The translations under genes and the position numbers were made by a program. From positions 62,001 to 126,000 of the IMG/VR virus record IMGVR_UViG_3300023175_000005: a stretch of DNA of 64,000 nucleotides; one strand, given 5' to 3'. Below are positions 12,301-20,571 of this stretch, in pieces. The notes under the pieces are model-generated. The model saw only the letters and a program-made list of their open reading frames with translations. It was not told where the DNA came from and ran no database searches. The first letter of the stretch is position 1; every line of letters starts with the position of its first letter.

Positions 12301-13478
12301 AAAATTTGGAAACAAGACACGATCTGTGCGTAAGCATCATTGAGTAGTCGCCAGCCTGTACCTCCAAAACTAAGCATAGTAAATGCGTTAGCAACCATCG
12401 ACTTACCTTGTTCAGGTGTAGCGCCAATTACTGGATTTTCTTGTTCGATAGGAATCAAACCGATGTTTGGAGAAACAATCTTAGCACCATCAATTTTAGC
12501 ACCGTTTAGACCAAGGAAGGAAAGAATTGAACAGTTTTGGACATACGGTGATGTTGTAATAAAAGGAGCAGTATCAGGTAGATTTGTGTAACCTACTCTG
12601 TCTACAGTTGCATCAGACGGATCGTCAAATGCAACACAGTAATCACCTGTCCATAACGGAACAAAATTAGCATCAACCTTGTCTCTAAATGTAAATTCAC
12701 CAAAGTAACAAGCGTTACGAACACGGAGAATATCTTGGTTTGCATTTGCAGGACGAATAATACAACCACGCAAACCGTCACCTTTGATAACTGTGTTATC
12801 TGGAACAATAACCGGGTTTTGTTCCTCGTAATCACCTACAGCAATTTTAACGTTTACACGTATACCATTTGTTGTACCATCAGGATTATAAACTAAACCA
12901 GAAGCAATTTGACATGCACGTTTAATTGTTCTTACAGGTTTGTTCAGGCCATCATTAGAATCATTACCACGTTCTGCAGACACATACACAACGTTACCAC
13001 CATAAACATCTGGGTTTTCAAATGCTAAAGAACCATCACCTGTTAGACGTAAAACCTGTCCATCGATACCATTTTCTGTTGGTAAAACAATATCATATGA
13101 ACTAGGAAGAGTAGTCGGTGCTTTTATGTTAATACTATCAAGACCTGATGCAGTTGCTTCTCTCATCTTCAATGCCTTAGCATTGTCGATAGTAACATCG
13201 TCTAGAAATTCCATATCGCTGATAGAAGCAATAAATTTCTTTTCACCGTCGACTGTCATATCAATAGTACCAGATGTACTATCATCAGGTTCGTTAACTG
13301 CTAGTTCTGTATCTTTGGAAAAAATTCTTCTTGTAATGTCTTGAACAGTATTGTCATCTCTAAGCAGGAAAACTTTACCGTCTGCTGTGTTAATTGCTAG
13401 TTCGCCGCTCTCTAATTGTGAAACTATAGGTTTCTTGTCAGCGACCGCACTTCGCTTGTGTCTAATTTTGGTTGCCAT
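3375..13478 (-). CDS. Giant tail fibre (3367 aa) with a C-terminal intramolecular chaperone (peptidase S74)
   Basis: N-terminus KRS...GELAINTADGKVF typical of fibres; beta-helix-like domain; YadA-head-like NxAxG repeats; GNGSGLT/LNASNL repeats; C-terminal YSDERLK...GVSAQEVQKVLPEAV...YERMVPLLIEAVKE followed by a coiled coil. Confidence 0.85.
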   Translation of the reverse strand: MATKIRHKRSAVADKKPIVSQLESGELAINTADGKVFLLRDDNTVQDITRRIFSKDTELAVNEPDDSTSGTIDMTVDGEKKFIASISDMEFLDDVTIDNAKALKMREATASGLDSINIKAPTTLPSSYDIVLPTENGIDGQVLRLTGDGSLAFENPDVYGGNVVYVSAERGNDSNDGLNKPVRTIKRACQIASGLVYNPDGTTNGIRVNVKIAVGDYEEQNPVIVPDNTVIKGDGLRGCIIRPANANQDILRVRNACYFGEFTFRDKVDANFVPLWTGDYCVAFDDPSDATVDRVGYTNLPDTAPFITTSPYVQNCSILSFLGLNGAKIDGAKIVSPNIGLIPIEQENPVIGATPEQGKSMVANAFTMLSFGGTGWRLLNDAYAQIVSCFQIFLLNGVYTQSGGYCSITNSATNFGLYALRSSGYSPKAFVFDRAYVTATGQSEGLQTISIVGLNRTAPVEEFVLRFRDPEYKIAYDLIQGETQNIIDDTITYITNSVAAATPGDIWYLFNYDEAKCRRDLSIILDAVSRDTWATANALTRQAALAYYSQRIADSSNITISGQEEQTIDAIEEASRLTGIVLTDLDSEPRAYVDELFDLIKDAISDPDSIPASFDVSSEGEITNQFKDPPDEVLINGGSGVSEVTNIFTKTSHGLVNGEQVVYSANGNPPIQGLDEEQTYYVKLINLNEFSLTFDDSLEFDVNIIATSSGTHKFLTNIKEFFVKEVISSHTTYQKLILPSGSEGYAFVPGRQITATTGAANNRAIVYSWTPNLRELVVSIEEVAVGESTQRVQFSNLSIIDDDHTPSPFSNIGVNEVQPFNGYSTATFTIEPTVAGELLTNLVALPEKAIWLHRPSIVNSSSHTWEFAGSGTDYNALPQNGGNTRTEFEQFEELPGRCYSSGTNELGDFKVGDFITAFNRTGNITFRNKVQVDELDALRLSLSNVAIEEISTSVNLGDDEIGGPSDARLSTQLATRSFLSNRLGGFIDKSVSTAAVPGAIVQLNTNGQLNPDLIPATRQFTSTNTDGYLSRLTQVDEIPAIDLKAGDIGTEEYDQIELTFSSPISATDGDLITQPTTGAVGYAKGDYASSTNLLVASLDNQFKPGEDSTGTDFDTTNNIFIAGVDSGQAPLTLGAVSEITDNFFLKSSNSSQYLVLDSSGAPFNFTVETITDVERTSNVATITTSGNHNLSIGNNVEVECDDTLYNVNGLVTSVPSSTTFTIANTGSNEGSKSATGTVRTIVTSADGNAQGAVTETRYGICTNVDNANITGGSGYTPTLGTLVYEMVDLQAKTGVGTGAKADVTVTAGQISDVDLRRGGTGYAVGDLLELNASDVGGTGSGFEIEIAAIEDRAYVNILGGELYVASASSIDFIEDNDAVSSKINITLDDSIVNQFLAGTTGGGGNVDYTLDRITMTAHGYTDGDPIRYNTLGNVAIGGLLNGSVYYAKRIDADTIEVYEDFSLLNQIEFLTTPANNAHQWTRFNVNIYDNSIIVPNHGLTTGDAIRIEEEDDGSSGTGLFSINGVQVVSGARFFIGSVTTNSVTLHTLRSDALSSINGLVTNASDITATGTGDAEVIPNNVQVNVVINTSSRLKANWNTLAVTNIDASNIISGTISPSRLGASGIASSDTFLRGDSAYAVAVQTLTKASTTDNPITLTGPNTSGDYYGAVDIGISNADYDPGGTYSTLGTSRFFQAQFDVDAAGSGQVFIKDGVVDAGTLDGLDSSYFLNPANLTSNVPVNRGGTNLSTYADGDLIYAQTSGTLNSLNIGREGNILVVDGGYPVWGDAVDIIDSLDIGAADTGSKSTATGKVYNENLTTVEISGEADVTRIGASTTTRAITSFIDGYDAATSQVVAVNLNGFSRTTNENVNNTDDFIPLSSTATIEVGMVVTGSASIQANTVVSGVADDVVYIDKPTVGTIPTTTSLTFTYTPEVLGIRAGDFVTIASSGVASLDGTWPVLGATINATSFTVQTELNVTVSSSGGVAGSAEINNKLIVKHQKVIFGDAEASATPADVEIHGAAGIGTDIGGGEIKIIGGLGTGAGTGGDFVVETGTVTTTSDFIQSPTERLRIDTSGVLTYTGYAVFTTSTGLKIPVGTSAQRPGETGVSTAAAQGQIRYNTSDSTFEGYDGSNWGSLGGVKDVDQDTKIEAESSAGADNDELDFYTAGTQRMQVASTGNLLFGDGLNKFTIDFTTGDTTIDGNLTVNGTTVTLNTTTLDVEDLNITVAKGAANAAAADGAGLTVDAANATWTYDATNTSWDSSEDINLVSGKAYYINDVSVLNSTTLGANIVNSSLTVVGTLNTGAISSGFGNINIGSSNLTATGTVSLGATSFNDNNITNVGTISLDTIQKDAGTGINFATSTIVTVSDTTESTLATDGALVVAGGVGIAKKLRVGGIIYGDGSGLTNLNASQLLSGTIPDAVLPTSQSGKTFTSDITVNGHLIGEGGGSSATNFFAGGGAAVTTGIDSVGVGDGVFGAVLTGNQNTGVGKDALALATASANNTAMGAYTLSQIDAATGGNTAIGAESMQNSITANANVAIGYKALEIANASNNVIIGYGAGATITTGSNNIVIGKDAAPTANTTNNEITLGNASHANVRIPGVGLTVNTTTLSFSGTTGFAGVGSSLTALNASQLTSGTVPDGRISSSSVTQHETDIDAVGTLNAGAISSGFGNINIGTSTFTGNGSGLTTLNASNLSSGTVAGARLGGNQSMSGIKTFSNTTQASSTTTGAVKVSGGVGIAKNLHVGGTITGNGSGLTSLNASNLSSGTVPNARISGSYTSITGTGALNAGQITSGFGNINIGTSTFTGNGSGLTNVSADTLDGIDSTQFLRSDANDTASGVISLVGSGAQRLVIRNTTNAGGARIDFTDHASNTQYGRLNFEHSDGASVGSGYGASFKFQTTEPNLMVAIDGPGDFYVNGNKVWHAGNDGAGSGLDADTVDGQDIGDFVNGAGVDNGATTIKVNDADFIVQDTTDGTTNYIWRDHSANTLYLGTGNAVPTLRSTLNMNSNNITNGGTISGTFSGNGASITSINAGNITSGTFPDRFSPSTRYNIGLIDGYGGNSYDKLRVWSSSSYTIGMISAQSYGWLNDYAMTFTMNADNDRGFLWRDTSDAASDGAMSLTTAGNLMVKNVIGIGGNTSNYIAPANGQNYGTFRAEGVYGTSGSYAGWSIRDDWVFMSNGAGAYGIYNDTNNEWSLYGQQNSYTYIYYNGAWKARAQNEGWYVNGQLLATSEVTAYYSDERLKTFTGKLEGALDKVKALNGYLYVENETAKKYGYNNDNTQVGVSAQEVQKVLPEAVVAAPFDLDEDGNSKSGEDYLTVKYERMVPLLIEAVKEADDKIEAQAAEIAELKAMVQKLIEKN

Positions 13479-13553
13479 AAGGCTTATCTCCTATCAAGGT
13501 ACGGGTCAGGTCTATATAGACGCCCATGTTAACGCAATAGAAATTGCTAAAAG

Positions 13554-13580
13554 TATTTATCAAGGAAATTAATAGTGGTA
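13554..13580 (-). promoter_or_regulatory. T4-like late promoter (TAAATA) with an upstream TACCACT-ATT element
   Basis: gaTAAATAct about 75 nt upstream of the fibre gene start. Confidence 0.6.
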
Positions 13581-13584
13581 GTTT

Positions 13585-16500
13585 TTAGAAAGTACCACCA
13601 TCTATAGTATCTGTCCAAACTGGTGTAGCATCTGCGTCACTAGTTACTGTAAGTATTTGGAAACTGTTGCTTGCGTCTGCTGTGCCTGCGGCATCAGTAA
13701 CTTGTACAGGATCTGCTGTGTTTCCATATAGTATACCGTTTTCAGTAAATGTGCTTGCTCCAGTACCACCATATTGTACTTCAAGATCACTAGTTAAAAT
13801 AAGCGTTCCGATGTCAGCGTTTACAACAGTTATTTTATTATTAACTGCATCAATAATTTCAGTACTATCGTCTGCAAAAATACTACCAGTAAATCCTGCC
13901 GCATCAAGTATACCATCTACAACTAAGTTTGTTGTAAATGTTGAATTTAGTTCGCTGATTCTAAATTTTTCAGTTAGCAATCCATTATGCATGGTGCTAA
14001 TAATCATATCAAAGTCTTCACCACCGCCTGTTACATCTGTGCTAACAACATCAACTTGTGCTGCTGTTTCAAAGTTGTTTAGGAATGTTTCTAACTCGAA
14101 CTTCATACCAGTACCAGCACCAGAAGTAATTGCACCAGTGGTAGTATGGTGTGCAAGTGTTAACGGATATACAATATCATCTGCTGCGCTATCAGGTGCA
14201 TCTGTAATAAGTCTAATTGTATCTGGAGCATAAACAGTTTCGCCTCTAATTGTAAGTGTGCTTGTTCCTAAATGACCAATTTGAATATCACCGCCTATTG
14301 TGCCGCCGACATATAAGTTGCCACCTATACCCATGCCGCCTGTAACAACAACTGCTCCGCTTTCAGTACTTCTTGATTGTGTATCACTGTTAATTGTAAT
14401 ATCAACAGACTCGTCAACATCCAATTCACTTGCATTCAAATACATTCTCTTTGAACCGTCGGCGTAAAATTCTAACGTATCTTCGTCTGTTCCTGGGCCA
14501 GTTTCTGGTCTAATAAATGTATCTTGGTCAGCATCAATAGTACCAACTAATGAACTCCAGTTTACACCATTGTAGCCTTCATAAAACTGTAAGTCTGTAT
14601 TAAAGCGTACTTGACCAATTACTGGTACAGACGGACGAGCACTTGTGTCTCCTACCGGAACTTGAATACTCTTGTCACTATCAATAATAACAAAGTCGTT
14701 GTTAATCGTCAAAGTACCAGTATCTGCACCAATAACAATTGTAGTCGCTTCGCCCATTGCATTAACTGTTGTTACTGTTGTGTTTAGTAAGTTTACAGTT
14801 AATGAATCAGTTGTAACATTGGTAGTAGGATTTTCTCCTAATTTGATATCATCTTTAACAACTAGGCTGTTATTAATAGTTGTTGTACCAATCAAATCAC
14901 CAATGTTAATGTTTGCAGCGCCGCCCGCAAAGTTAACGGTATTAGCATTATCGTTAACTAGATTAAACTCACTTGCAGTAGTTGTCAAGTCTCCGCCATC
15001 GACTGCAATGTCTAGTTCAAAAGTAACATCGCCTTCAACTGTGCCACCCGTGATTTTATTTAGATAGTTGTTGCTTAGGAATTGTACCACAGCATTTTGT
15101 GTAGGTACAGTATTAATATCTGCTGTACCTGTACTTGCTATAAGATTTGTATTGTCACTAACTTCTTTTAATTCAACACCAACTGGAATACCAAATCTTT
15201 GGAAAGGACCAATGCTTGCAATACCTGTTAAATCAATTTGGTTAGCATTAAGTGTAATAGCACCTGTAAGTGCGTTAACTGCAAAGAAATTACCAACTCT
15301 AAAGTTACCAATTTGGTCAACAGTACCACCTGCAAACACTTTACCAGTATTAGACTCGACAATTTCGTTTTCAGCAATCGGTGAACCGCCAAAGAATGGA
15401 AGTGCGTTATAGGTAATACCTGCACCAACATATTCAAATGCATGACCTGAAGTTGACACAGTACTTACACGCTGCATGTTACCTAGTGTTCCCTTTGTTA
15501 CTGATAGAACACCTGGGAATAATGTAAGTTCTGCAACACCACCATATTCTAAGTTTAATAATCTAATTGCTTCATCTTCAATGTCTTGTGCTTTAAACAT
15601 GATCAATTGTCTGTCAGCATAGTCTGCCATAGATGCTAAACCTGCATAATTATGATCTTGTTCAATAGGAAGATATACTGTGTTTCCTGTTTCAGCAATT
15701 ACAGTAGTTTCAATAACTTCGGCAATTTTAGATACAAGCGTTTTTAGAATCAATCCTGCTGCTGCACTACCATTTGTACCATCTGTTTCTTGTAGTAATG
15801 TAGGTGTACCACTAGGTGTAATATCTATGTTTTGTGCAACATCGCTTAAAACTCTTGCTAGATGCTTATATGTAAATTCGGTAATATCTTGTTGGTCTGC
15901 ATTACCTTCTGATGCTGCACTTAAAATTGTGCCGCTGTAATAAGCTTCTGCTGCTCTGCGAGTTTGTTTGTTACCACCATACATCATATCATAAACTGCT
16001 GCATCAATAATGTAGTTTGTATCTCTTTTACACTTTTCTACATTATATCTAAAGCCAATGATATTTTGAGTAATATAATCAATTACTTGCTGCTGATATG
16101 TTGTGCTATTTGTAAGGACATTATCTGCTGCTTCTACAAGACTGCTACTGATCCAACTGTAATCTGGATCAGTATTTTGAGGAGTAGTACCTAGTCCTAA
16201 ACTGTCTGTAATAGCAAGGATTAAAATATTATAAAGATCATTTGCAACTTCACTTTCTGTTGAAGTGCCAAATGTTCCGCTTAAATCTTGTGTTTCACCG
16301 TTTCCAGGTTGTACAGCAATTGGAACACCTTCAATGATACTAACACTAATATCTCTCAAGTGTTCAATAGCATCAGCAGTTTGAAACTCTTGTCCAACAA
16401 TAGTAGAAACACCGTCATCAAAATATGCTCTAGTGCTTACTAGTATACTTCTGTTTCCGCCGTATAGCATATCATGTGACACACTGTCAATAATGTATTC

Positions 16501-19500
16501 ACTGTCTCTACGACATTTTGCTTCGTCGTAACTCAAACCATTTAAACTTGTGTTAATATAATCAATTACACTTTGTACAAGATCTGATTGAGAACTGTCG
16601 CCGCTTGCTAAAATTAAATCTCTTGAGTTTGTTAAGTTAGAAGCAACCCAAGTTAAATCGGGCTCATAAAGAGATGGAAGATTTTCTGTGCTTTCTTCTT
16701 GTAACACATCAACAATATAAGTTACTAAGCCTGCCAATTCATCCATTTCTGCTGAACTTGCTGGATTACCTGTAAGCGTTTGTCCTGCTCTGTTTTCTAT
16801 AATTATATCGTCAGCAATATCAATTAATTGTTGGTATGCAGCAATTGTTTCGTCTTTTTGTGATGCAGGAATTTGCGATGCAGTTCCTTCAAAATACGCT
16901 AATGCTGCTGTTCTTGTTGCAAAGTTTGTACCGTATTGTATGTCATGCGATACAGCATCAATGATATATCCTGTGTCTCTTTCGCACTTTGCTTGATCGT
17001 AAACTAAAGTTGGGAAACTTAAATTGATCCAAGCAATTAATTCACTAATAATGAACGTTCTGTTACTTTGTAATAGTGTTCTAGCATATGCTTTATTAAC
17101 ATCTGATCCAGGATCAGTAAATGTTAATGGATCAGCACTAAGGACACCATTTTGTAAAATATCAATAATTTCATCAAACAAGTCATTACATGCTGTTACG
17201 CTTGCACTATCTGCCGCAACAAGTGTTGCTACTTCTGTTCTTAGATATGTGATTGCTGCAACAGTTTCTGTTAATTGATCACTGATTACTAAAGAAGCAT
17301 TTGCATTATAATATGCCAGTCCTGCTTGTACACTGTTATAATTTGTACCTAGAACTAAGTCATAAGTTACAGCATCTAGAATTAAAGCAGTATCTCTTGC
17401 ACATTTTGCACTGTCATAAACAAAATAGTTGTTAGCAATATACTTAATTGTATCTTCAACTAGGAAATCTCTGTTTGCTTGTAATAATCTATTTGCATCA
17501 ATTAATTCTTGGCTTGCAGGTGTTGGTGCAGGGAATGTTCTACCTTCACTAGGCAATGCAGTTTGTGCGCCAAAGCCGCCATCTGGAACAGTAGTTAAGG
17601 TTTGATCTGCAAATTCGATTAAGTTTAGAATAATATCAAATCTGTCATTTACTCTTTCAACTGCAACACTGCTACCTGCTGCGCCTGCTGCTGCTAGTGT
17701 TTTTAAATATCTAATTGAAATAATAGTTGCAGGTTTTTGTGCAACATCAAAATATGTTGCTGTTGCTCTTTGATATGCTTGTCCTGCTTGAATACTATTG
17801 TGATTTGTGCCTAGTTTAACATCTCTTACAACAGCATCTAAAATAAGTTCTACATCTCTTTTACACTTTGTTCTATCATATGTAAAGTTTGGATATGTTG
17901 TAAGCAAATAACTTGTAATATTAGTTGCAAAATTATCTTGTGCTGCAAACAATGAACTTCTTGCTGCTTGCACATCTGCTGCTGCCCAAATAACACTTGG
18001 ATATTGTACTTCAGGTAAGTTTGTCAATGCACCTGTGTTAATTACTTCAATAATAATATCAATATAATCGTCTGCACGTTCTGCTTCAACACCTGTTGCA
18101 TTTGCTGCTGATGTATCTTGTACTAACAAGTTACCAGTAGATCTAAATACTGGATCTCCTTGCAAAATCTGTGTTGTAATTTCTTTTAATCTGCCATATG
18201 CTGCAATAGTAGCAGTAGTTTCGTCTGCTCCTAATTGACTTGCTGTTCCTACAAAATACGCTTGTGCTACGTCCCTAGTTGCATAGTTACCGCCATATAA
18301 GATATCGTAAACTAATCCGTCAACAATGTGACCTACATCTTTATAACATGCATCTTGATCATAATCTAATGAAGGATAGTTTTCGTCTACCCATTTAACT
18401 ATTTCTTCTTGAATAAAGTCTTTGTTGTTAACAAGTTGATCTCTTGCATTTTCTCTTGCTGCAATAACACCCGTCGGTGAAGGATATGTGTAATCGTCTG
18501 CACTTGTGCTATCACCTCTCGAAAGGATTTCGATAATCTCATCCATTGCATTGTTTACTCTGCTTGTAGCAGTTGAACTTGCTACAACATTAGGTAAAGC
18601 AAGCATTAGTGTTTTTAGATATTGGTATGCTGCAATAGTTTGTACTTTTTGTTTTTGGTATACAACACTTGCATTTGCACGAGCATATGCTCTACCTGCT
18701 GTAACACTTGAATAGTTTGTTCCTAAAGCAGTATCATATGCAACCGCAGTTGTAATTTGCCTAACATCTCTTTCGCACTTATCTTGATCATATGAAAGAT
18801 CTGTAAATTGGTCTGAAATATAATTTACAACTTCGTCAATAATAAAGTCTTTATTTTGAACAATATTATCTTTTGCAGCAATTACACCGCTGTCAATATT
18901 TGTAAGTTCGTTATAAACTACATCCGGTACCGCAGTACTATCGCCTTGTGTAATTGTATTTGTAATAATTGCAAAGTTTTCAATTATGTTATATCTATAG
19001 TCTATGTTAGCAGGATCTGTATCAGGAACACATTTTAGCATTTCGTCTCTTGCTGCTTCAATACCATATATTGTAGGTGCTAACTGTTGGTTAAGAACTT
19101 TTTGTGATGTTGCACGAAGATAACTTCTGCCTGCATTAATACTTTGATAGTTTGTGCCAAGTGCAGAATCTCCTGATACTGCATCAATAATTCTTTGTAT
19201 ATCTCTTCTACAAATTGTTTCATCATAAATGAATGGTCGTGTTGTAATTTCAGATGAAGTTACATAATATCTTGTTTCATCGCCTTCAAACGTTATAATA
19301 GAACCTGTCTGTGGAATATCACGTAAACTATCTACTTCAACTATTCTGTTTGTAATTAAGTTTACAGTACCTGTTGCAGGAACACTAAACCCACCGCCTG
19401 TAAATGTAATGTTAGGTATAAAATCATATCCACTACCCTGATTACTAATACTTACAGCAACAACTTTACCTGTTGCAGGATCAATACTTGCATTGCCTGT

Positions 19501-20571
19501 TGCTTGTACACCGCCTGGCGTAGTAGGAGGATCAATAGTTACAGAAGGTGCATTTGTATAGCCAGCACCTTGGTTATTAATAGTCACACTACCAACAACA
19601 GAATAATAGTCTTGTGTAGGTCTAGCAGTTGTAAATACTTTCTCAAATAATCCATCAGCAATAATTGCATAAGTACCAAAGTCACTAACAGAGTTCGAGA
19701 TCGAAAGATACCCGCCTGCGGTTGCTTGGAAACCAACTCTTGTAAAAACTGAGAAGCAACTAACAATCTGTGTATATCCTTCATTAAGTAGCCAAAAGCC
19801 AATACCACCTTGTGCAACTTGTGTAAACGCATCAGCAACAAAGGATCGTACAAGACTTCTCTGATCGTAGGCGGCACCGTCAACTTTCATACCGTTGCCG
19901 CCACCGTTGTCGTTTACACGTTTTTCAAGCGGTACATTAGGATCATCTATAATTGGTCTAGCACCTGCCGGTACACCTGGAATTTGTTCTGTTTGAAAAG
20001 GAACAAATTCAGTACCGTCGTTTAACCACGGACCATTCATGTTTGTACAGTTTTGTACATATGGTGAAACAGTTACAAGTGCACCTGGTCTAATTTCTGC
20101 ACACCAACCTGGATCTGCTAATCCTCTAAATGTAAGTTGAAACAAGTAACATGCACAATCCATATAAAAAATTGTTTCAGTATTATTGAGCGGCCAAATT
20201 TGACAGTTACGTAAACTATCACCTCTAACAGTCATACGTTCTTTTAACGTAATCGGATTATCTTCGTAATAGTCTCCTGGTGCAACTTTAATAGTTGATC
20301 CTGCTGGTGCTGCTTCAACAGCAGATTTAACTGTTCGTTTTGCACGATCAGGTCCTTGACCTAATCCATCATTTTCGTCACTACCTTGTAATGACACATA
20401 ATAGATTAGTGTATCAGTAGGACCACTTGAACTACCTGTAACTTTTAGATCACCGTTAATTTCAACAGTGCCGCTACCCGGATTAAGTTCAATTGTACCG
20501 TCACCTTTAATTATAAGTTGACGGTCTCCTATTTTCCTGTCGTGTAATATCTGCTGCTTTACATACTTCAT
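13585..20571 (-). CDS. Large virion structural/fibre protein (2328 aa) with eight helical C-x-R/K-D repeats
   Basis: N-terminal beta-helix-like domain paralogous to the 3367-aa fibre (GDYxExNP, SPYVQNC, QIVSCF); eight YxxxxCxRD-type repeats; shared VPVG...RP...GQVRFNT...EGY module; C-terminal IDGGTF. Confidence 0.8.
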   Translation of the reverse strand: MKYVKQQILHDRKIGDRQLIIKGDGTIELNPGSGTVEINGDLKVTGSSSGPTDTLIYYVSLQGSDENDGLGQGPDRAKRTVKSAVEAAPAGSTIKVAPGDYYEDNPITLKERMTVRGDSLRNCQIWPLNNTETIFYMDCACYLFQLTFRGLADPGWCAEIRPGALVTVSPYVQNCTNMNGPWLNDGTEFVPFQTEQIPGVPAGARPIIDDPNVPLEKRVNDNGGGNGMKVDGAAYDQRSLVRSFVADAFTQVAQGGIGFWLLNEGYTQIVSCFSVFTRVGFQATAGGYLSISNSVSDFGTYAIIADGLFEKVFTTARPTQDYYSVVGSVTINNQGAGYTNAPSVTIDPPTTPGGVQATGNASIDPATGKVVAVSISNQGSGYDFIPNITFTGGGFSVPATGTVNLITNRIVEVDSLRDIPQTGSIITFEGDETRYYVTSSEITTRPFIYDETICRRDIQRIIDAVSGDSALGTNYQSINAGRSYLRATSQKVLNQQLAPTIYGIEAARDEMLKCVPDTDPANIDYRYNIIENFAIITNTITQGDSTAVPDVVYNELTNIDSGVIAAKDNIVQNKDFIIDEVVNYISDQFTDLSYDQDKCERDVRQITTAVAYDTALGTNYSSVTAGRAYARANASVVYQKQKVQTIAAYQYLKTLMLALPNVVASSTATSRVNNAMDEIIEILSRGDSTSADDYTYPSPTGVIAARENARDQLVNNKDFIQEEIVKWVDENYPSLDYDQDACYKDVGHIVDGLVYDILYGGNYATRDVAQAYFVGTASQLGADETTATIAAYGRLKEITTQILQGDPVFRSTGNLLVQDTSAANATGVEAERADDYIDIIIEVINTGALTNLPEVQYPSVIWAAADVQAARSSLFAAQDNFATNITSYLLTTYPNFTYDRTKCKRDVELILDAVVRDVKLGTNHNSIQAGQAYQRATATYFDVAQKPATIISIRYLKTLAAAGAAGSSVAVERVNDRFDIILNLIEFADQTLTTVPDGGFGAQTALPSEGRTFPAPTPASQELIDANRLLQANRDFLVEDTIKYIANNYFVYDSAKCARDTALILDAVTYDLVLGTNYNSVQAGLAYYNANASLVISDQLTETVAAITYLRTEVATLVAADSASVTACNDLFDEIIDILQNGVLSADPLTFTDPGSDVNKAYARTLLQSNRTFIISELIAWINLSFPTLVYDQAKCERDTGYIIDAVSHDIQYGTNFATRTAALAYFEGTASQIPASQKDETIAAYQQLIDIADDIIIENRAGQTLTGNPASSAEMDELAGLVTYIVDVLQEESTENLPSLYEPDLTWVASNLTNSRDLILASGDSSQSDLVQSVIDYINTSLNGLSYDEAKCRRDSEYIIDSVSHDMLYGGNRSILVSTRAYFDDGVSTIVGQEFQTADAIEHLRDISVSIIEGVPIAVQPGNGETQDLSGTFGTSTESEVANDLYNILILAITDSLGLGTTPQNTDPDYSWISSSLVEAADNVLTNSTTYQQQVIDYITQNIIGFRYNVEKCKRDTNYIIDAAVYDMMYGGNKQTRRAAEAYYSGTILSAASEGNADQQDITEFTYKHLARVLSDVAQNIDITPSGTPTLLQETDGTNGSAAAGLILKTLVSKIAEVIETTVIAETGNTVYLPIEQDHNYAGLASMADYADRQLIMFKAQDIEDEAIRLLNLEYGGVAELTLFPGVLSVTKGTLGNMQRVSTVSTSGHAFEYVGAGITYNALPFFGGSPIAENEIVESNTGKVFAGGTVDQIGNFRVGNFFAVNALTGAITLNANQIDLTGIASIGPFQRFGIPVGVELKEVSDNTNLIASTGTADINTVPTQNAVVQFLSNNYLNKITGGTVEGDVTFELDIAVDGGDLTTTASEFNLVNDNANTVNFAGGAANINIGDLIGTTTINNSLVVKDDIKLGENPTTNVTTDSLTVNLLNTTVTTVNAMGEATTIVIGADTGTLTINNDFVIIDSDKSIQVPVGDTSARPSVPVIGQVRFNTDLQFYEGYNGVNWSSLVGTIDADQDTFIRPETGPGTDEDTLEFYADGSKRMYLNASELDVDESVDITINSDTQSRSTESGAVVVTGGMGIGGNLYVGGTIGGDIQIGHLGTSTLTIRGETVYAPDTIRLITDAPDSAADDIVYPLTLAHHTTTGAITSGAGTGMKFELETFLNNFETAAQVDVVSTDVTGGGEDFDMIISTMHNGLLTEKFRISELNSTFTTNLVVDGILDAAGFTGSIFADDSTEIIDAVNNKITVVNADIGTLILTSDLEVQYGGTGASTFTENGILYGNTADPVQVTDAAGTADASNSFQILTVTSDADATPVWTDTIDGGTF

